A model generated the notes under the pieces. That model was not told where the DNA came from. It saw only the letters and a program-made list of their open reading frames with translations, and did no database searches. Of a stretch of 64,000 bases of DNA, positions 39,135 through 53,858 are shown piece after piece; position 1 is the stretch's first letter, and every line of letters starts with the position of its first letter. Position numbers and translations under genes: made by a program. This stretch comes from Phoronis australis (Eukaryota; Animalia; Phoronida), in NCBI GenBank assembly GCA_002633005.1, contig NMRA01000025.1, positions 323,450 through 387,449 of the forward strand, read 5' to 3'.

Positions 39135-39349
39135 TATGCCCGCACTCAGCCTTCAATATGGGGGGTTCGAATTTCTGACGAAGTGGACAAAACGGGGGCA
39201 CCACCCGTGAAGTGCGCGTTTCTTCTTGTTTAGTGGACTTTTGTCTCATTTTCTCGCACTTTTTGTTTCTCAGAGGCGAACCTTTTCGCCACTTCGCCAA
39301 ATGGGGGCTCCTTTGAGCCCCCCCCCCCACCGCCCTGGGTGCGCGCATG
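39135..39349 (-). mobile_element. MITE, 5-bp TSD family copy 2
   Basis: TATGCCCGCACTCAG...CTGGGTGCGCGCATG flanked by ATCAC on both sides. Confidence 0.8.
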
Positions 39350-39641
39350 ATCACTGTGTTCTAGGAATGTTGGGGGTCCGGCCGTTCCACGTATGATTGT
39401 TGCGTGTTTTGTTAGTCCGTTACCAGCTTTTCTAACACGATGGCCGCAGATACAGCCGATTAGTCGCCAGTACTTGAAAAACGTCTGCCTCCAGCGTTCA
39501 ACTTGACGTAATTTCAGAACTTTTAATAAGCCCCAGTTCTTTGAAAAGGAGGCAAAAATGATTACACAGTGGATATCCTCACATTTAGATATAAATCGCA
39601 AGTAAAAACTTGCAGTCTGATTTCAGTTCTTGGTGGAAAAC

Positions 39642-39800
39642 CAGTGGCGCATTTAGAGGGGGGCCAAGGGGGCCATGGCACCCCTAAAATTCTCCCAGAT
39701 TCCATAAACCAGTTCGGGGGTGCGAATGTCCGACAGGCAAAATGCTGTCTAATACTCTGCCATGCCCCCCCCCCAACTCAAAATCCTGGATCCGCCCCTG
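39642..39800. mobile_element. Small MITE with CAG(T/G)GGCG termini
   Basis: CAGTGGCGCATTTAG...CTGGATCCGCCCCTG. Flanks AAAAC/CAAAC (4 of 5 match). Confidence 0.6.
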
Positions 39801-40606
39801 CAAACTGCAGAATGATATAGTTATATTTACAAACATACAATGCAGTGCTTGCCGACAGTTAAGAAATAATCATTTTTTGAAGTTGGTGCACGTTTAAACA
39901 AGATTTTAAATCTCAGCCTCCTCGTTTCCAAAAAGTAGTAAGGCCTACTCTGCATCCACAGCTGTCAAGACATTCCTCACAATATCGCTAAGGCTGAACA
40001 TGGGAACCCCTTTAAAATCCTTTTGAAAAAGCACTCGCTGCCCATTAATAAATAAGATGATTTTAAAATCTTTGAGGACCATGATGTACATGTACTAGCA
40101 TTTTGCTAAACATGTATTGTGTATATTGCACTGTGTCCCCGTTAAATAATCCAAAAGTATTCAGAATAATAATAATAATGATAACAATAACGAGTAATAG
40201 AGATAGCGGTATTGTAGTAATAACAGTGAAAGTAGTAATGAATAGCAGTAGTAGAAATGTAGTACATGTAGGTAATAGTAACAACGATGATAATGGTTCG
40301 GCAAATTCATGCCGTCATTCCGGAGTGTATTCCTATAGTTATACGAAAAGTGCCGCCCAAAAGGCTGTTTTTTCATAGCAAAATATACTCTCCAAAATGC
40401 TGTCATTTTGGACAAAATACTATCTAAAAGGGTGCCTTTTCTGAATTTCTGGAACAGTCACTTTTTTGTCCGAGCCATCTCTCTAAACGGGTAGGTATCC
40501 AAAATTTTTCGGCGGCATCCCTAGTCCAAAAATACTTCAGTATCCCCGGCCGTGTCAGATACCACTTGTGCGTGATTTTGGTCAGTTTCTTTGCCGGTAA
40601 TATGAC

Positions 40607-40763
40607 GTTGATTCCGTAAAATGTAACAATGCTTCATTCGTCGCTTGGGCATTCGCCGTAAAATTAACTACGTAAAATGCAACACTAAACTTATTGCATT
40701 TTAGAAGGGTAAAATGTAACAATGACGTAAAATGTAACAATTGTTACATTTTACGGATTATCA
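40607..40763. repeat. Fold-back element built from GTAAAATGTAAC units, containing a perfect 30-bp palindrome
   Basis: CGTAAAATGTAACAATTGTTACATTTTACG at 40726-40755, with further unit copies upstream. Confidence 0.65.
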
Positions 40764-43763
40764 CTGCACTGTCCAAAATTTCTCTCAGTGTATGCAATTG
40801 TTTACTCAAGACAGCTTCAAATGCCAGTCGTGGCACTCACTATCATTACTCTATAGGCGTCAAGCGTCCAAACCATGACTTTACAGTAATATTCACGACG
40901 GGAGGTGCGAGCTGATCCACGCACGCACGCTGTGCGGTGACGAGGAATATGGGACGTGCACATTTCGACGCAGCGGCAGCAGGTTTGCGCATATTAGGGA
41001 TTCTTGAAACATTGTTTGATAGACTTCCTGTGCCTACTTCATGGCAGCGCACTACAGGAGGCTGGGGCTACTGCCCCACTCACACTTGCCCATGCAATTT
41101 GTGGGGACAACCAAATTCAGTGAAGTAAGCTCACTTAGGGACAGTTTGCGCAAAGGAAGCACCAATTGTCGCAGCACAACCGAAACGCATTGGGTGCATT
41201 GACTGTTCAAGTCTCCAGATACTTGGAGGGACTGGCGAGATGCAATTGACGGTGACTAAAAGCAAACGCGGTATATGGACGTCTACCAGCGATATTGTGA
41301 AGTTATGTCCTACAGTATGTACTACATTTACCAGTGAAGCTTGAAATCGTTTTTTACGTCAGAAAAATGTTTCCAGTGTAACTTTAATTTGCAACCAGAA
41401 TTCCACTGCGCCCAAAATTGTATGTATATATCAACAATGTATCTCGCGACGGCTTGCGCTCGCTGGCTGGTTCCCTGCGTCCTTAGTCCGGCTACCGCCC
41501 CACCTAGCGGCTCGCAGGGAACCAGTGAGCGACTTGCGTAGGCTATACTGCCAAGACAGAGGTTAGCGGAACTATCCATAGCCACAAAGGAAAATACCGA
41601 CGGCATGTTCTTCTAATGTATGTAGAAACTCGCAGGGTTGGGAGTTTGTCCTCCCCAGCCCGGTGACAGCCGAACTTTCAAATTGTTTCAACAGTTTGTG
41701 GCCACTTGCACAATGTAAAGCAAGATTGGGACTCACTGTTTGTGGCGTTACAGCCCAAGCAGTCCATGTGTCAATATATATTCAGTGTTACACAGTGATC
41801 CTTCAGCTTCGATCGATAAACCCATGCACGACAGAAAACCCAAGTGCGACAACAGAAAAACACACAATGAAGACTCCTTAAAAATTTAACGTGTATTTAT
41901 TCATTGAAAGTAAAATATATTCAACAACAATAAAAAATAACTTATAAAAATTACGCCAAAAAGCTCAGTTGGACTTGACACCTTTACCCGAGCTTCAGTC
42001 TATTGTGTGGTCTATGAGCAAATCACAATGAAAAATGGCCAACATCTCACGGAATAATTCAGCGAGTGTATGGTAACCCGAAACGGAATACCAAAATGTC
42101 ATCAAAATGTCATAAAAAGATCATTCTCGAGCTGGATGACCTCCCAAATTAACTTGACTAACGCACCGCGGCGCATTTTAAAGTTCCATTCAACGGCGAA
42201 TACTTTCAATAACGGCTAATAGGCCTACACACAAAACGCATAAGTCAACAATAGCAAATTAAAACAACACTTGCACACTTTCAGACCTTTCACAATTTTA
42301 AAAAACGATTGAGGTATATACTCATTGTATAATTCGGGGGATTTCAACTACGACATTGCTGTCGTTTTTCAAATGCGAATGGTTATGGGTGTCAGCTTGT
42401 AAACACCCGGTGACATCACAGATAACTAGTCGACGAAATTTATATGGCGCGCGTCGTGCACCCGCAGCACTTCGCGAAAAACATTTGCAAACATAAATAT
42501 ATGCATACGTATATTGACTCGAGGTTCGCTTTCAATCTTTTTAATACTAATCCGATGGTCATACTCGCGCCAAATACATATGTTGCACAGGACCCGTGCT
42601 TTCAATTCAGGTACGCTCACGTGACAAATGTTTTCCGTCAAATTATTTACATGTCACCAAGTTGTCAGTGACGTCCCCGGCTGCTTAAGAGCCGACAAAA
42701 CTCCAACAATGCATTTCTAAAACGCCAGCAGCGCCGTAGATGAAATCTCCCGAAGTGTTCAAGTAATTATACCAATACGCTGTAATGCGCTCAGCTCATG
42801 TCACAGTCAATTCGCCCAATATTCAAAAGCAGGTTCCTTCCTTCGAGATGCTACTCAACTTGGCCGTAGTCATTTGTTTGAAAACTAAACACCACTCACT
42901 AGGTGAGATGGTTGTACGAAACTTCGTCGTATTTCAAGGGATACGGGAGGGAAAAAACAACCCCAAGCGTGCAAGTACCACAACACGATCATTGACAGAA
43001 GTCCTACAAAATGACGCAATCTCGAAATTTGACGACGCAAATGGAACGTCACGGATATCTCCCTTGTCCTGGAGGTAGGAAAACGCGTTGATACATCGGC
43101 TTCGTTTTAGAACTATCTTGTTGATTATAATAACCATATAGGAATATATCGCGCACACAGATACTTCTCAAGTTTATCCAACTTTCGGAGCTGCAGCCCT
43201 CATCACCGCAGCAAGATGTCGCTGCATGGCATTGGAGGTCGAATACAATTAATGCAAAAGCAAGACTTCGCGAGATTACGTGAGATATTGCCGTGTATTT
43301 CAAATGAGAGCACGTGACTTTGACTAGGTTTTAGCTAGGTACTACCGTAGATCCTAGCGTTACTGAACGCAGCCCTGGTATAGCTCTCTAAACATACTTC
43401 CAGCCAGCTTGTAACGTTCGCTACAGAAAACGCTCTCCGTTGGTCCACGTTTTCTACACTGTTACTGATACATAATGATGTTGAAATTGAAGAGGTAAAG
43501 GCTATTGAGCTAACTACAGTAACACAGGTGACGAAGCCTATTAAAACTGGGCAAATACTTTAAACAGAACCACCTTTTGTGGTGAACTTTCAAAAACATG
43601 CCGTTATTGGACGCTACGCTGGTCTGATAAATTTCAAGTGCAGAAGACAGTTGCTTTCCTGAATCACACGGACATAAGGACACGACGTCAAAATTCCTGG
43701 TTAAAATAAACCCTTTTCTTGGTTCAATCATCCGTTGTTGATTACATACAGTCACGTCTTCCT

Positions 43764-43833
43764 AACAACATTTAGCGCTAACAACATTTAGCGCTAACAA
43801 CATTTTGCGTTAACAACATTTAGCGCTAACAAC
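43764..43833. repeat. 16-bp tandem repeat x~4
   Basis: TAACAACATTTAGCGC repeated. Confidence 0.85.
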
Positions 43834-46800
43834 ACACCCGTTTCGAAAACAAAATAATCGTAGTTGCATATGCACATTAACTCGTCAATAACAATTCCTC
43901 AGCATGAAACAACACTAGTAGACGTGACGTGAAAAAGTCCAGCTCAACAAAGTTGCGAATATACTTTTCTACCAAGTGGTACTCAATGCACTCTAAAACA
44001 ACCACTACTGCTTTTTCACTTGTTCTGACCGCCACAGTGACGTCAAACGTGACAGAGTTGGTAGCTTGTACTACACCAAGTTCTTATTTTCCATTAACCC
44101 TATTTTCCTTTAACATCACAGTACATGAGTAGCAGCACACTTTCGAAACACACATTCGCAGAAAGTGAAGACGTGTAATTCATAAATAAGCATCAAGTAT
44201 CGGTAGACAACAGTGAAGAGTTCTGGCCGCCATGGTAGACACGGTTAATAAAGAGGATGAACTTAGTGAATACCTAACGCAATACCTAACGAAATCTCGC
44301 TTCACTGGACACCGGCTAGTTATCCGAATATCCGTGAAGGGCGCAGCTCTCTGCGACCATCTAGTTCCCATACACCATAAAAGTCCAGCTATAGACCCAA
44401 TTCACGCGGCGGACATTAAAATCCAAAGCGAGGCTCACTGTGATAAACAAAGCAGAAGTTGTAGTTGGGCGATTTTGGGGATTCAAACACGGAACATGAT
44501 CAGCATTTGACGAGGGATCTGAAATGCTATTGGTTTAAGCTCAAATATGTTATAACTTAACTTTCATTTTTATCAGCCCAGCCCAGCCCGTCTACATACA
44601 ATCTGATCGGAGATTAGAGCAATTATCGAACAAAAAAGCGCAGGCCCTCCAACCATAAATGCCAGAATGGAGTTAATCAGTCGTGTAAGATATTGGCTAC
44701 GGGGGTAAACTTCCCAACTTGTTGTTGGGCTACAGAATCGAACAAGTTGGGCGCAACGGGATGTCGCCGTCATGTTTTGAGTCCAACCTGGATATTAAAT
44801 CTTAAAAATGTGTCGATAATAGACCACAGAGACGTAGAAAAATACATTAGAGAACAATGCACCAAAGAGTTGTTTGACAAAAGGGTATAAATTTTTTCCG
44901 GAAAACTAGGTTCGAAACATGAAAAGTAAATATGACCAAACTGCGGCGATCGTAGTGTTACGGATTGCGTATTAGGCTGAATGTAGGGTTACTTTTCTTC
45001 TTGCAAATTGTTGATAAAAATGCTTTCTACACGAACCAGGTTATCTGCTTGTATTGTTGACGAGGTGGAAGATATATTCGACAGTGGTGGCTCATCGCAT
45101 TTTGCTGTCATGCGCAATAGAGTCACATCTGGTTTATTTGTTGATCAACCTGGTGAGGTAGGGACTACCGGGATTAACAGTTGATTTTTCATTGATCTGA
45201 AAGAATAACTGATGATATAAAATATATTTTTATTAAAATAAAAAACCAGGCTCGTAATTGAAAATAAAAATTATTTGACCATTTAAGTTTTAAATTTTGA
45301 AAAAAATTAACGAGCACAGCCCCGCTTTGGCATTATATCCAGGTTCTCATTCAATCCCTTGCATACATTCACAAGCAATTATTTGACCATCAATTCTGCT
45401 TTCTTGGTTTTAACAATTCTTACGTCTATTTTATGTGTTAGGTTTCAAATATCAATCTGAACCAAGTTGAATTTTAAAATTAAAACACCTAATTCGTTCG
45501 TCCAAAGCATAACCTAGTTTTAGAGCTCAATTTCAGTTAACCGGACAGAGCAAGCATTGTTATCATGTTTCTTCAGGGGCATCGTTCATCCAAGGGAAAA
45601 GGTGCCTGTGCCTTCTGAGGGGAATTTTTTCGCCGAGCGAAGTGAGGGGAAAAATCTACCTCCCGATCAACATCAATAGCACCCCCTGGCGCCCTGTTGC
45701 AAGCTCTCACAGGCTCTCTCTCAAGTAGCATTTTGTGCTCTTTCAAATTGTCACTTGGGTGGTTACAGGTGATTTGAACTTCGGAGAGAGCTTTTCTATC
45801 CCTATGGGAATTTTAGGCCTCGGCATTTCGGGGAATTTTTCAATATTTTTTAGAGTAGAATAAGGCTGATATTCGGCTCCAAAATCGAGGGATTGAGGGC
45901 CCTGTCCTTTTTGGAAAGAAAAATGCATCATCTTTCAAACCGTAGTAATGAAAACACAGCCTCATGGCTGGCCGAAGATTCTCCGGTCGTTGCTATGATG
46001 CTCGGCAACCGAGATGCGACAAAATATGGCCTCTAGTAATTTTTCGAAAACATTTAAATTTAACACGGACATGTTTTCCTTCGTCGCTGTTTATGGCAAA
46101 GACCCAACGCTTTCAAATCTCAACGTCCTTAGGGATTGTAAAACAGACAGTTGGGTGTCCGTATTTTTCTAGCCCGTCCGACCAACGCGGAATACAACCC
46201 CGAGTATGCAGATGAGCCAACAGAGTTATCGTAGCGAGCTTCGTTTTGGAACGCGCCTCCTGTCGGCGTGAATTGGGTCTACACCGCACTGAACGTGATT
46301 TTCAATTTCCAGACGCCCAGTTGCGACAGCTCGACATCACTGTGAGGAAACGCATCTAATATAACAGTACGCTAAACAACATCGCTAGAGGACTTCATCT
46401 CAATTCGCTAGGACGAAATAGTCAGTAACCTAACTATCAGCGCTCAATACTTACCTTTTGTTCCCAGACAGAAAGGCACAAAAAACGGCGATAGAACATA
46501 TGCATGTATCCAAGGACCACAGATCTGAAACCAAGCTTGGCACACGCTAGAACAGACAAGGAATGTAAAAATGTTTCCACCCACCCGCAATTCTCCGTAG
46601 TCACTGGAAAAACAGGACAAAGCTTCAGTTGATTAAATGGATGTTTCTCTCAAAGCTGGCAGCTAAGCAAAGCCACAGAGTGTGTTATCGATTCCTCAGC
46701 AATAATGTCATCTTTTGCACATACTCATGCTTCAAAGATAAAAGTTCTAAGAGGACACACAAACTATCCACAACTTTGGGTTTATGTTCACAACTTATAT

Positions 46801-47282
46801 AAAACCAGCAAATTGTCCAACAATCTTCATATTTACGAAAGTATGTACATCCCTGACAGATTCGTAGGACAGTGAACAGCAGCCTCAGAAAGTAAAACCC
46901 TAAAATAAAATCAGCGGTGTAACAATAGGCCAAAGTTAACGTGACAGCAGGAGCTTGAAATTAGATCAGGATTTCTTGAGTACCGCCTGTTGTTTGGAAA
47001 TGGCGAAAGATGTTTGATCAGTCCAAGGCCCGTTCCAAGAAACAGACTTAAGTTCATTTTTGACTTAAGTCTAAGATTTGTCTCAACTTCGAAACTTTGA
47101 AAATTCCACATCCGGTAAGATGGTCAAAATTAAGACAGAACTTTAACTCAAAATTTAAAGTTAAACTTAAGATCTCTTTCTTGAAACGGTCTTGAGACAA
47201 TTTTAAGTTTTATCTTTCCTACGAAATTGCCGGAGGGTGTGCATGTTGTAGACAGAGCAATTATTGCCGTCAACCTTGTCGT

Positions 47283-47420
47283 TTTTAACTTTGGACTGAC
47301 ACAGACGCCATTTACTTTTAACTTTGGACTGACACAGACGCCGTTTACTTTTAACTTTGGACTGACACAGACGCCATTTACTTTTAACTTTGGACTGACA
47401 CAGACGCCATTTACTTTTAA
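47283..47420. repeat. 33-bp tandem repeat x4
   Basis: TTTTAACTTTGGACTGACACAGACGCCATTTAC repeated. Confidence 0.9.
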
Positions 47421-49877
47421 TTGCGCAAAACCTTTGAGCAGCTCATCACATTTCTACGGATAAAATTTTTAACAGAAAAAATTATTAAGCGTTCCATAGC
47501 TAACTAGTCCTTCAGACAAAACCAAGCTAAAACACAAAAACTGGGGAGATTAAGCCCACACCATTTTCACTCACTATAGACATAATGTGTTACTTGCAAC
47601 TGGCATACTACCATCAATCACAGTAATACTAAGGCGCAACTACTTGTTGCAATATCTGGAAGACAACAGTATTTCCGTGGTCATAGTAGACAGACGGTTT
47701 AGGAGTCAATAATCTACCAATTGCTAAGATCACAGAGAGTCTTGCTCAGAAATGCATGTTGTCAAGTTGGACATTGATTACACAAAGTTTTGATTACTTA
47801 ACCCAAGTTGACACACATGATCCGCATATAATTTCAACTTTTTGAAAGCACGCAAAAATCCCGAAAACTGTGCCCAAAGACCTAGAATCAGCCTACAACT
47901 TGAATTTGCAACCGGCAGTATCCGGAACACCTCGGGTATTTTCGTAGTACAAAGTTTTTCCTCGAAGATGAATGCTATCTCAGTGCGCATGTTCGACCCC
48001 ACAGCAAGACTGACATCCGGCCTGTAGCAATAACCTGGTGAATATTTCGAAAATTATGCCATTTTATCAAATGTCTACAATAAAAGAGTCTGACTTGTAT
48101 GCTCAGTTCAACGACAACATTAACATTTAAAATTGCCCAGCTATTTCTGTAACTTTTCTGAGCCTAATATTTATTGAGAAGTTGCTCAATGATTTCAGTT
48201 AAACACTGTTCCTTCTTGGATAAATTTACGAGATGTGAAACTAGGAGTACAGATGTATTGTAAACTCAACAAAAGAGTTCTGCACCCAGTGCATAGCATT
48301 GACGCGCTCATCAACTTCACGTTCCAGTTACGCCAGTTATGGTTTTAAAACCGTGTTCAACCGATTTGAATACACCAGTTGACTTTATCTTCGATTCATC
48401 AATCAAGAACCAAAGGTCAGCTTTGTTCACAGGACCCTGAGGCTAATACAGACTCACGAGACTTCCAAACTGAAGAACTGAAGTTCGCACATGCGCAGAT
48501 AACGTTCACTAACGAGGCGAAGTTTGGGACTACGAGAATACTCTAGGCGCTCCGTATGCACCGAGAGAAGACAACACAGCTAAATCGGAATGTTATGATA
48601 AGCAACGTTACGAGCTAACTAACAAACTGGTATAAATGGATCTTACAAGGGAATTCATTCAATCCAGTAAACAATGACACCACACTGCCTGCCAGTTTTC
48701 TTATGGCTACACCATTCAACAACAGCTAATACATCCAGATTTCGATCAGGATGAAATCTAAGAAAAACAGTGTTCTTAAGACTTTTGTTATGGGGAGATT
48801 CGATAACCCTGTTTGTAATTTAAGGATCGGCCACTCAGGCGGAAAAAAACATATTATTAACAAAATCATATTAAACAACCTGTTTCAAGAAGAGGCGAAA
48901 GCGACGTCAGATCAGTCTTTACAGCAAGGAAAACAGCAGGTTAATTTGTAACTAGCGTTTATACACAATAATTTCATCTGATGAAAAAATAACAAATAAC
49001 ATTTAAAACATAGTCAAAAAGCCTCTTTTTGAAAAGGTGCAAAATTTTGTTAGCAAACATCTCTAAGATAACAAAACAAAAACAATGGAGAACGTATTAA
49101 CAGACTAAAGTTGGTCAAACTAAGTACAACAGAAACAAGGCTAATAACAGGATATCCAGTCAAGACATCTGATAAGCAAGTCACATCCTTGTTCACATTA
49201 AAGGGGTTGACGACAATCACGCTAAATTCACTTTAGGTTTACTAACTTGGAATTGTTTAACCAACAAAGACTCAATTCTAATTCACTACTGAGAATCTCA
49301 GAATCTCGTATTACACTGCATCCAGGGAAGGCTATATCAGTACAAGAAAACCACTATCGACTGCCCACGCAGTTACGCGGTTTTTCCATCAGTTTACAAA
49401 AAGCGATCCTTAGGGTAGAAAATCTAGACTCGATTTAAAAAAATCAAACGCCCCGCGACTCCCTTGAATATGCAAATGAAACTTAACCCATACTACACTC
49501 GCGCGGGTTTAACTGACCGTTAAGCAATACTTTAAAAGAATGCGTGGGCATTCCAGAGCAGATAAATAATGCAGTAGGTAACTAAACAAAGCGGCAACAC
49601 TGCCTCCTGTTTAGTACACGATTTTCCGTTCGCTTCCCACTAACTATCGCATTAACATGAACTTTCACACACACTTCCATAATTTAAATGGAACCAGTAA
49701 TATGTCACACCAGTAATATGTCACGGCAATAATATGTCACGCCAGTAGAATGTCGCGTCAGTAATATGTCACACCAGTAATACGTCACGGCAGTAATGTC
49801 ACGGCAATGGAAACACTTTCCATGAAATTGGTATGTAACCATCTCAGTAATTTTGACTAGTAATCGTTTTAACAATA

Positions 49878-50139
49878 CATGCACGCACCAAGGGAGGGGG
49901 ACTCGGGGAGGGGGCTCCGACGAGCCCCCCATTTGCTGAAGTAAGCAAAAAGGTCCGCCTCAGGGAAATAAATAGTCCGAAAAAGTAGAAAACAGACAAA
50001 AGTCCAGTAAAAAGGCATGAAGTACCAAAATTCGGGGAATGCACACTTGATAGCTCTGAAAGTACCCCGTTTTTTTAGAAAATGGCCCACATTCTCAAAA
50101 ATCCGAGCCCCCCCCATTTTTAGGCTGGGTGCGCGCATG
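49878..50139 (+). mobile_element. MITE, 5-bp TSD family copy 3
   Basis: CATGCACGCACCAAG...CTGGGTGCGCGCATG flanked by CAATA on both sides. Confidence 0.8.
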
Positions 50140-53100
50140 CAATACAATGATGAACTACTCCAAGTACTATAACTAACCATGCCAATGTTTCCTAGGCAAT
50201 CAGGTGAGTTTAGATAACAGGTTTTCCAAGGAAAAATGACATCTTAGGAGGTACAGTGTGACAACAGATCGCCTTACTCATTCCATTTTTTTCTGCATAA
50301 TTCAGTAATAACACCTCTTAGGCGTAAATTCAACTGCAATGTTGGAATGCGCTTTAGCAACAGTTGATGAGACAGAATTGTTACTTCAAACTAAAAAATT
50401 ATACCTACTAGTTTAATGTTTCTTTTGATTTATGATAACTTGTCTAATCAGTTAAGTGACCTTGGCTGAAATTATCAGACCTGGCCTCATGATATATATT
50501 CCACTAATGGATCTAGGAAGAACCAAGACATCTCTGAAAACAATTTCTAAAGTACAAGCGGTGACAGCAACCTTCAAAAGTCCCCCCAAATTGCCTTTGT
50601 ACACCATTAACACAAACAAACGCTGTTCACGCTCTTCTAAACAATCCACCCCAACAGAACATTCTCATTGACCAAAAACAAGCATAGTTTAAACAGTTGA
50701 AGGGGTAACAGGGTTACAAAAAATAGCCAAGTGAACAGGGAAAGTGCCTTTAAAGTCATGCTACCAATACTTAGCACAGATAAGTCAAACTAAAAGTCTA
50801 CTTTTGTAAAAGCACTGCTTTCATATATGGCATACCTTACTACCATGAAAGGTGATATGTGATTGGAATGTAATATTTCACACTGGACCAGCCATCCTAT
50901 TAGAGAAAGGGACATAGCTGAACAAAAATAGACCCATACAGGGTTAATATAAAACAGGCAAAAAGATTAAAGATGAACAGCATATTGATAAGGATAATAG
51001 TTCACAGGGGCAACTTTTAGTTACAGATAAGAAACCGACTTTTTAACATCTACAACTGGAGAGATGGAAGGCAATGTAGTTTTAATAAAATGACACTGAA
51101 CATAAATTATCAGGGAATTGTTTCTGTGAAGAACTTTGGCTACTGGAAGACCGGCAGGAGGTCCGAGGTCATTTCCAGTACTTTTATGCAGGCGTCAAGT
51201 TTTAGTAACCTAATAAATACCACAGCCTAAGAAAATGTTTTAGCTAGACTCAAACAAAAACCAAAATTTCTTCCAGAAACAAGACCCATTTCTTTTAGAT
51301 TGATTTTACAACGCATTAAATACTGGAAATATTAATATTTCATCATAAAACATTAGGTTAGTTTTTGTATGCAGATTGCTACTCAATCAAGTAATTGGAA
51401 ATTTTTAAGTATCTTTGTATCTTTTGACTACAATGTGATACACTACACACAGTCCTGCCAGTGGGTATTGAAAAAGAAATCCATGGTTCCACAACTTTCA
51501 ACCTAGCTAATCACCACACACAAACGAACTTTGGTTTTGTCCTCTAATGCACCCCTTCCTTAAAAATAGTCTCACAGAATATAAACCTTTAAATTTGCAC
51601 TACAATATTAAGATTGTTAGTTTAAAGTGAATTAAAAATCCATTCTTAAACTGCATCATGCAACCTAATTTGTTTTAAAAACCACTGTAACTTGTGAAAC
51701 ATTTGCGCCTATTTTGCAACAAACACTTTGTACATGAGAATCAAAACGTGACTTATTTTAAAATAAAACAAAGACAGTTCACACATAGGACATGACTGAA
51801 TCGATTCCTCTGGCACCAAATTAACTCCAGGTATCACAAATTCAGAAAAAATATCAAGAACCAGGAACTGCATCTTGAACTATGCCATGTGTAGCCTGTT
51901 CACTTTAGCTCTCCGGGAATATTTATAATAAGCAAACAGAAGCATTATAAGCACTTGACAACTGGGTAATCTAATGAACAACTTGAAACCTGTTCCAGAG
52001 TAATCTAATGAACAACTGGAATTTTAAGACCAACAACTACAAGCAAACATGTTGAGAGATACAGCAAAAGTACTGCTGGTATCAGAAGAGATCCAATGAG
52101 AAACACGACAGTCACTAAAAACTATTCAGATCAACAGGGGATCAACCATATTTAAGCATACCAAACTTACCATCACACTATAAATGTATGTACATGATAA
52201 AAAGAAAAATTTGGTTAATAATTGCTTAATGTTAACATTTGATTAAGTATATAACACACAGTGACACTGTACTACCAACACATCCCAACTTCTTCAATTC
52301 CAATAATGTCACAGAGAAAAACAACACAGCGAACAATGAAAAGTACACGTTTAATGAACACCAATAATCTAGTTTACATGAAATTGATGCAAAATTTAAG
52401 AAATATGCAACACTGATAACTCCTTTATTCCATAACTTCAAATTTCACTATTCTCTTTTCCATCACTCCAACAAACCAGCTTCCACTGTCTTGTCCATTC
52501 TACAACCATCTTCATTTCCTCCATCGACGCCTCCTTTCCTCACAATTTTACAAAAGCGCGCTCTGAATAGCAGCGGATATTTTTTCAACAACGTATTAAA
52601 ACATAGTCACATAGTCTTAAAACTCCTATACATCTAGAACAGTGTGCAAGAGGACTGGTTGGTCATATCAGCCATACTATGATAGCACCTACAAGGAATG
52701 GTAAACCAGCATTATAAATCAAATCAATGGAGGAGCACAGCGCACCTGTACAAAACAAAGCTTATACTATTCATTAGACAATCGAACATACAATAAAAAC
52801 AACTGAAAACCCAGTTTTGAGTATTGGAGCTCGTTTTCTACACCTGAGTCACTACATCTTGGAAATTAAGCATGAAGTTCATTTTCTTCAATTGAGCTGT
52901 TAAATCTTCAATACAACCAGAGATGCTCTTGCCTCTAGACAAGCAAATGAGCGCGACAAGTCGTACGCCCACAGTTGCGTGCAGGTTACCATAAAATTCA
53001 CAATGGGAAGTTTCCAAGTAAAATTGTTGGCCAACACATATTCCAGCTAACAGGAGACCAAAATAATGTAATGACAGTGTATTTTGTAATGAATTCTAAA

Positions 53101-53739
53101 TGAACAAGTGCTGCAGTAGCGAATCCATCAATAACCCAAAACTGAGTTTTGTGTTTTTTGAAACCTCTGGAATTCTAAACAAACCAAGGTTGAACTAACT
53201 TGACAGCCGCAGTAGACTCTGTGACGATGCTGATTGGTCACTATACCACTACAATAACAACTTTACTCTCTTCACAACTTGTGCACAATCTCAATGCAAC
53301 CAAAATTCCGCACCAAAGACAACTGCTAAATTATCACTGCACCAAACACGGCATGGAGACTTTGTCAACAAAGACGCTCCCATGTCAAATTACTCAAACA
53401 CATGAGCACACAAACAACTTCGGCGCATGAAGTTGAGCATTGGTCTCATTGCTACAGTCGAATCTCATAACAACCTAAATCAAGAGACCTTCAAAACATG
53501 TAAATTATAGCAATAGACAGGAATTGGAAATTTGCACCTACTGATATATTACTACTAACGATTGAACCAAGCTACGTTTTTACAAGGTTCGACTGTAACT
53601 AGAATCATCCAAATGTATAAAACATGGCACCATTATCCAATATGCCGTTTGCTGCTACGTCAATTAAATTTAAATGAGCTGAAATGAAAAGTTCTGGAAA
53701 ACAATTCAGTGTTAAGCTGCAGTAAAATGAACATGTAGC

Positions 53740-53858
53740 TATTTATAAACAAGTTAGTGTCAAATATTGGAATCACATTTATAAACAAGTTATTGTCAAA
53801 TATTGGAAGCACATTTATAAATAAGTTACTGTCAAATAATGGAATCACATTTATAAAT
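53740..53858. repeat. 36-bp tandem repeat x~3 in the presumed CPSF6 3' UTR
   Basis: ATTTATAAACAAGTTATTGTCAAATATTGGAATCAC repeated. Confidence 0.8.

Noticed and set aside
44226-44510. 92-aa ORF with GCCGCCATGG Kozak context
   Set aside because: No recognisable protein features; the motif could equally be a YY1-like site or chance.
46447-46456. ATACTTACCT resembling the U1 snRNA 5' end
   Set aside because: Downstream sequence does not match U1; it is simply the complement of a splice donor.
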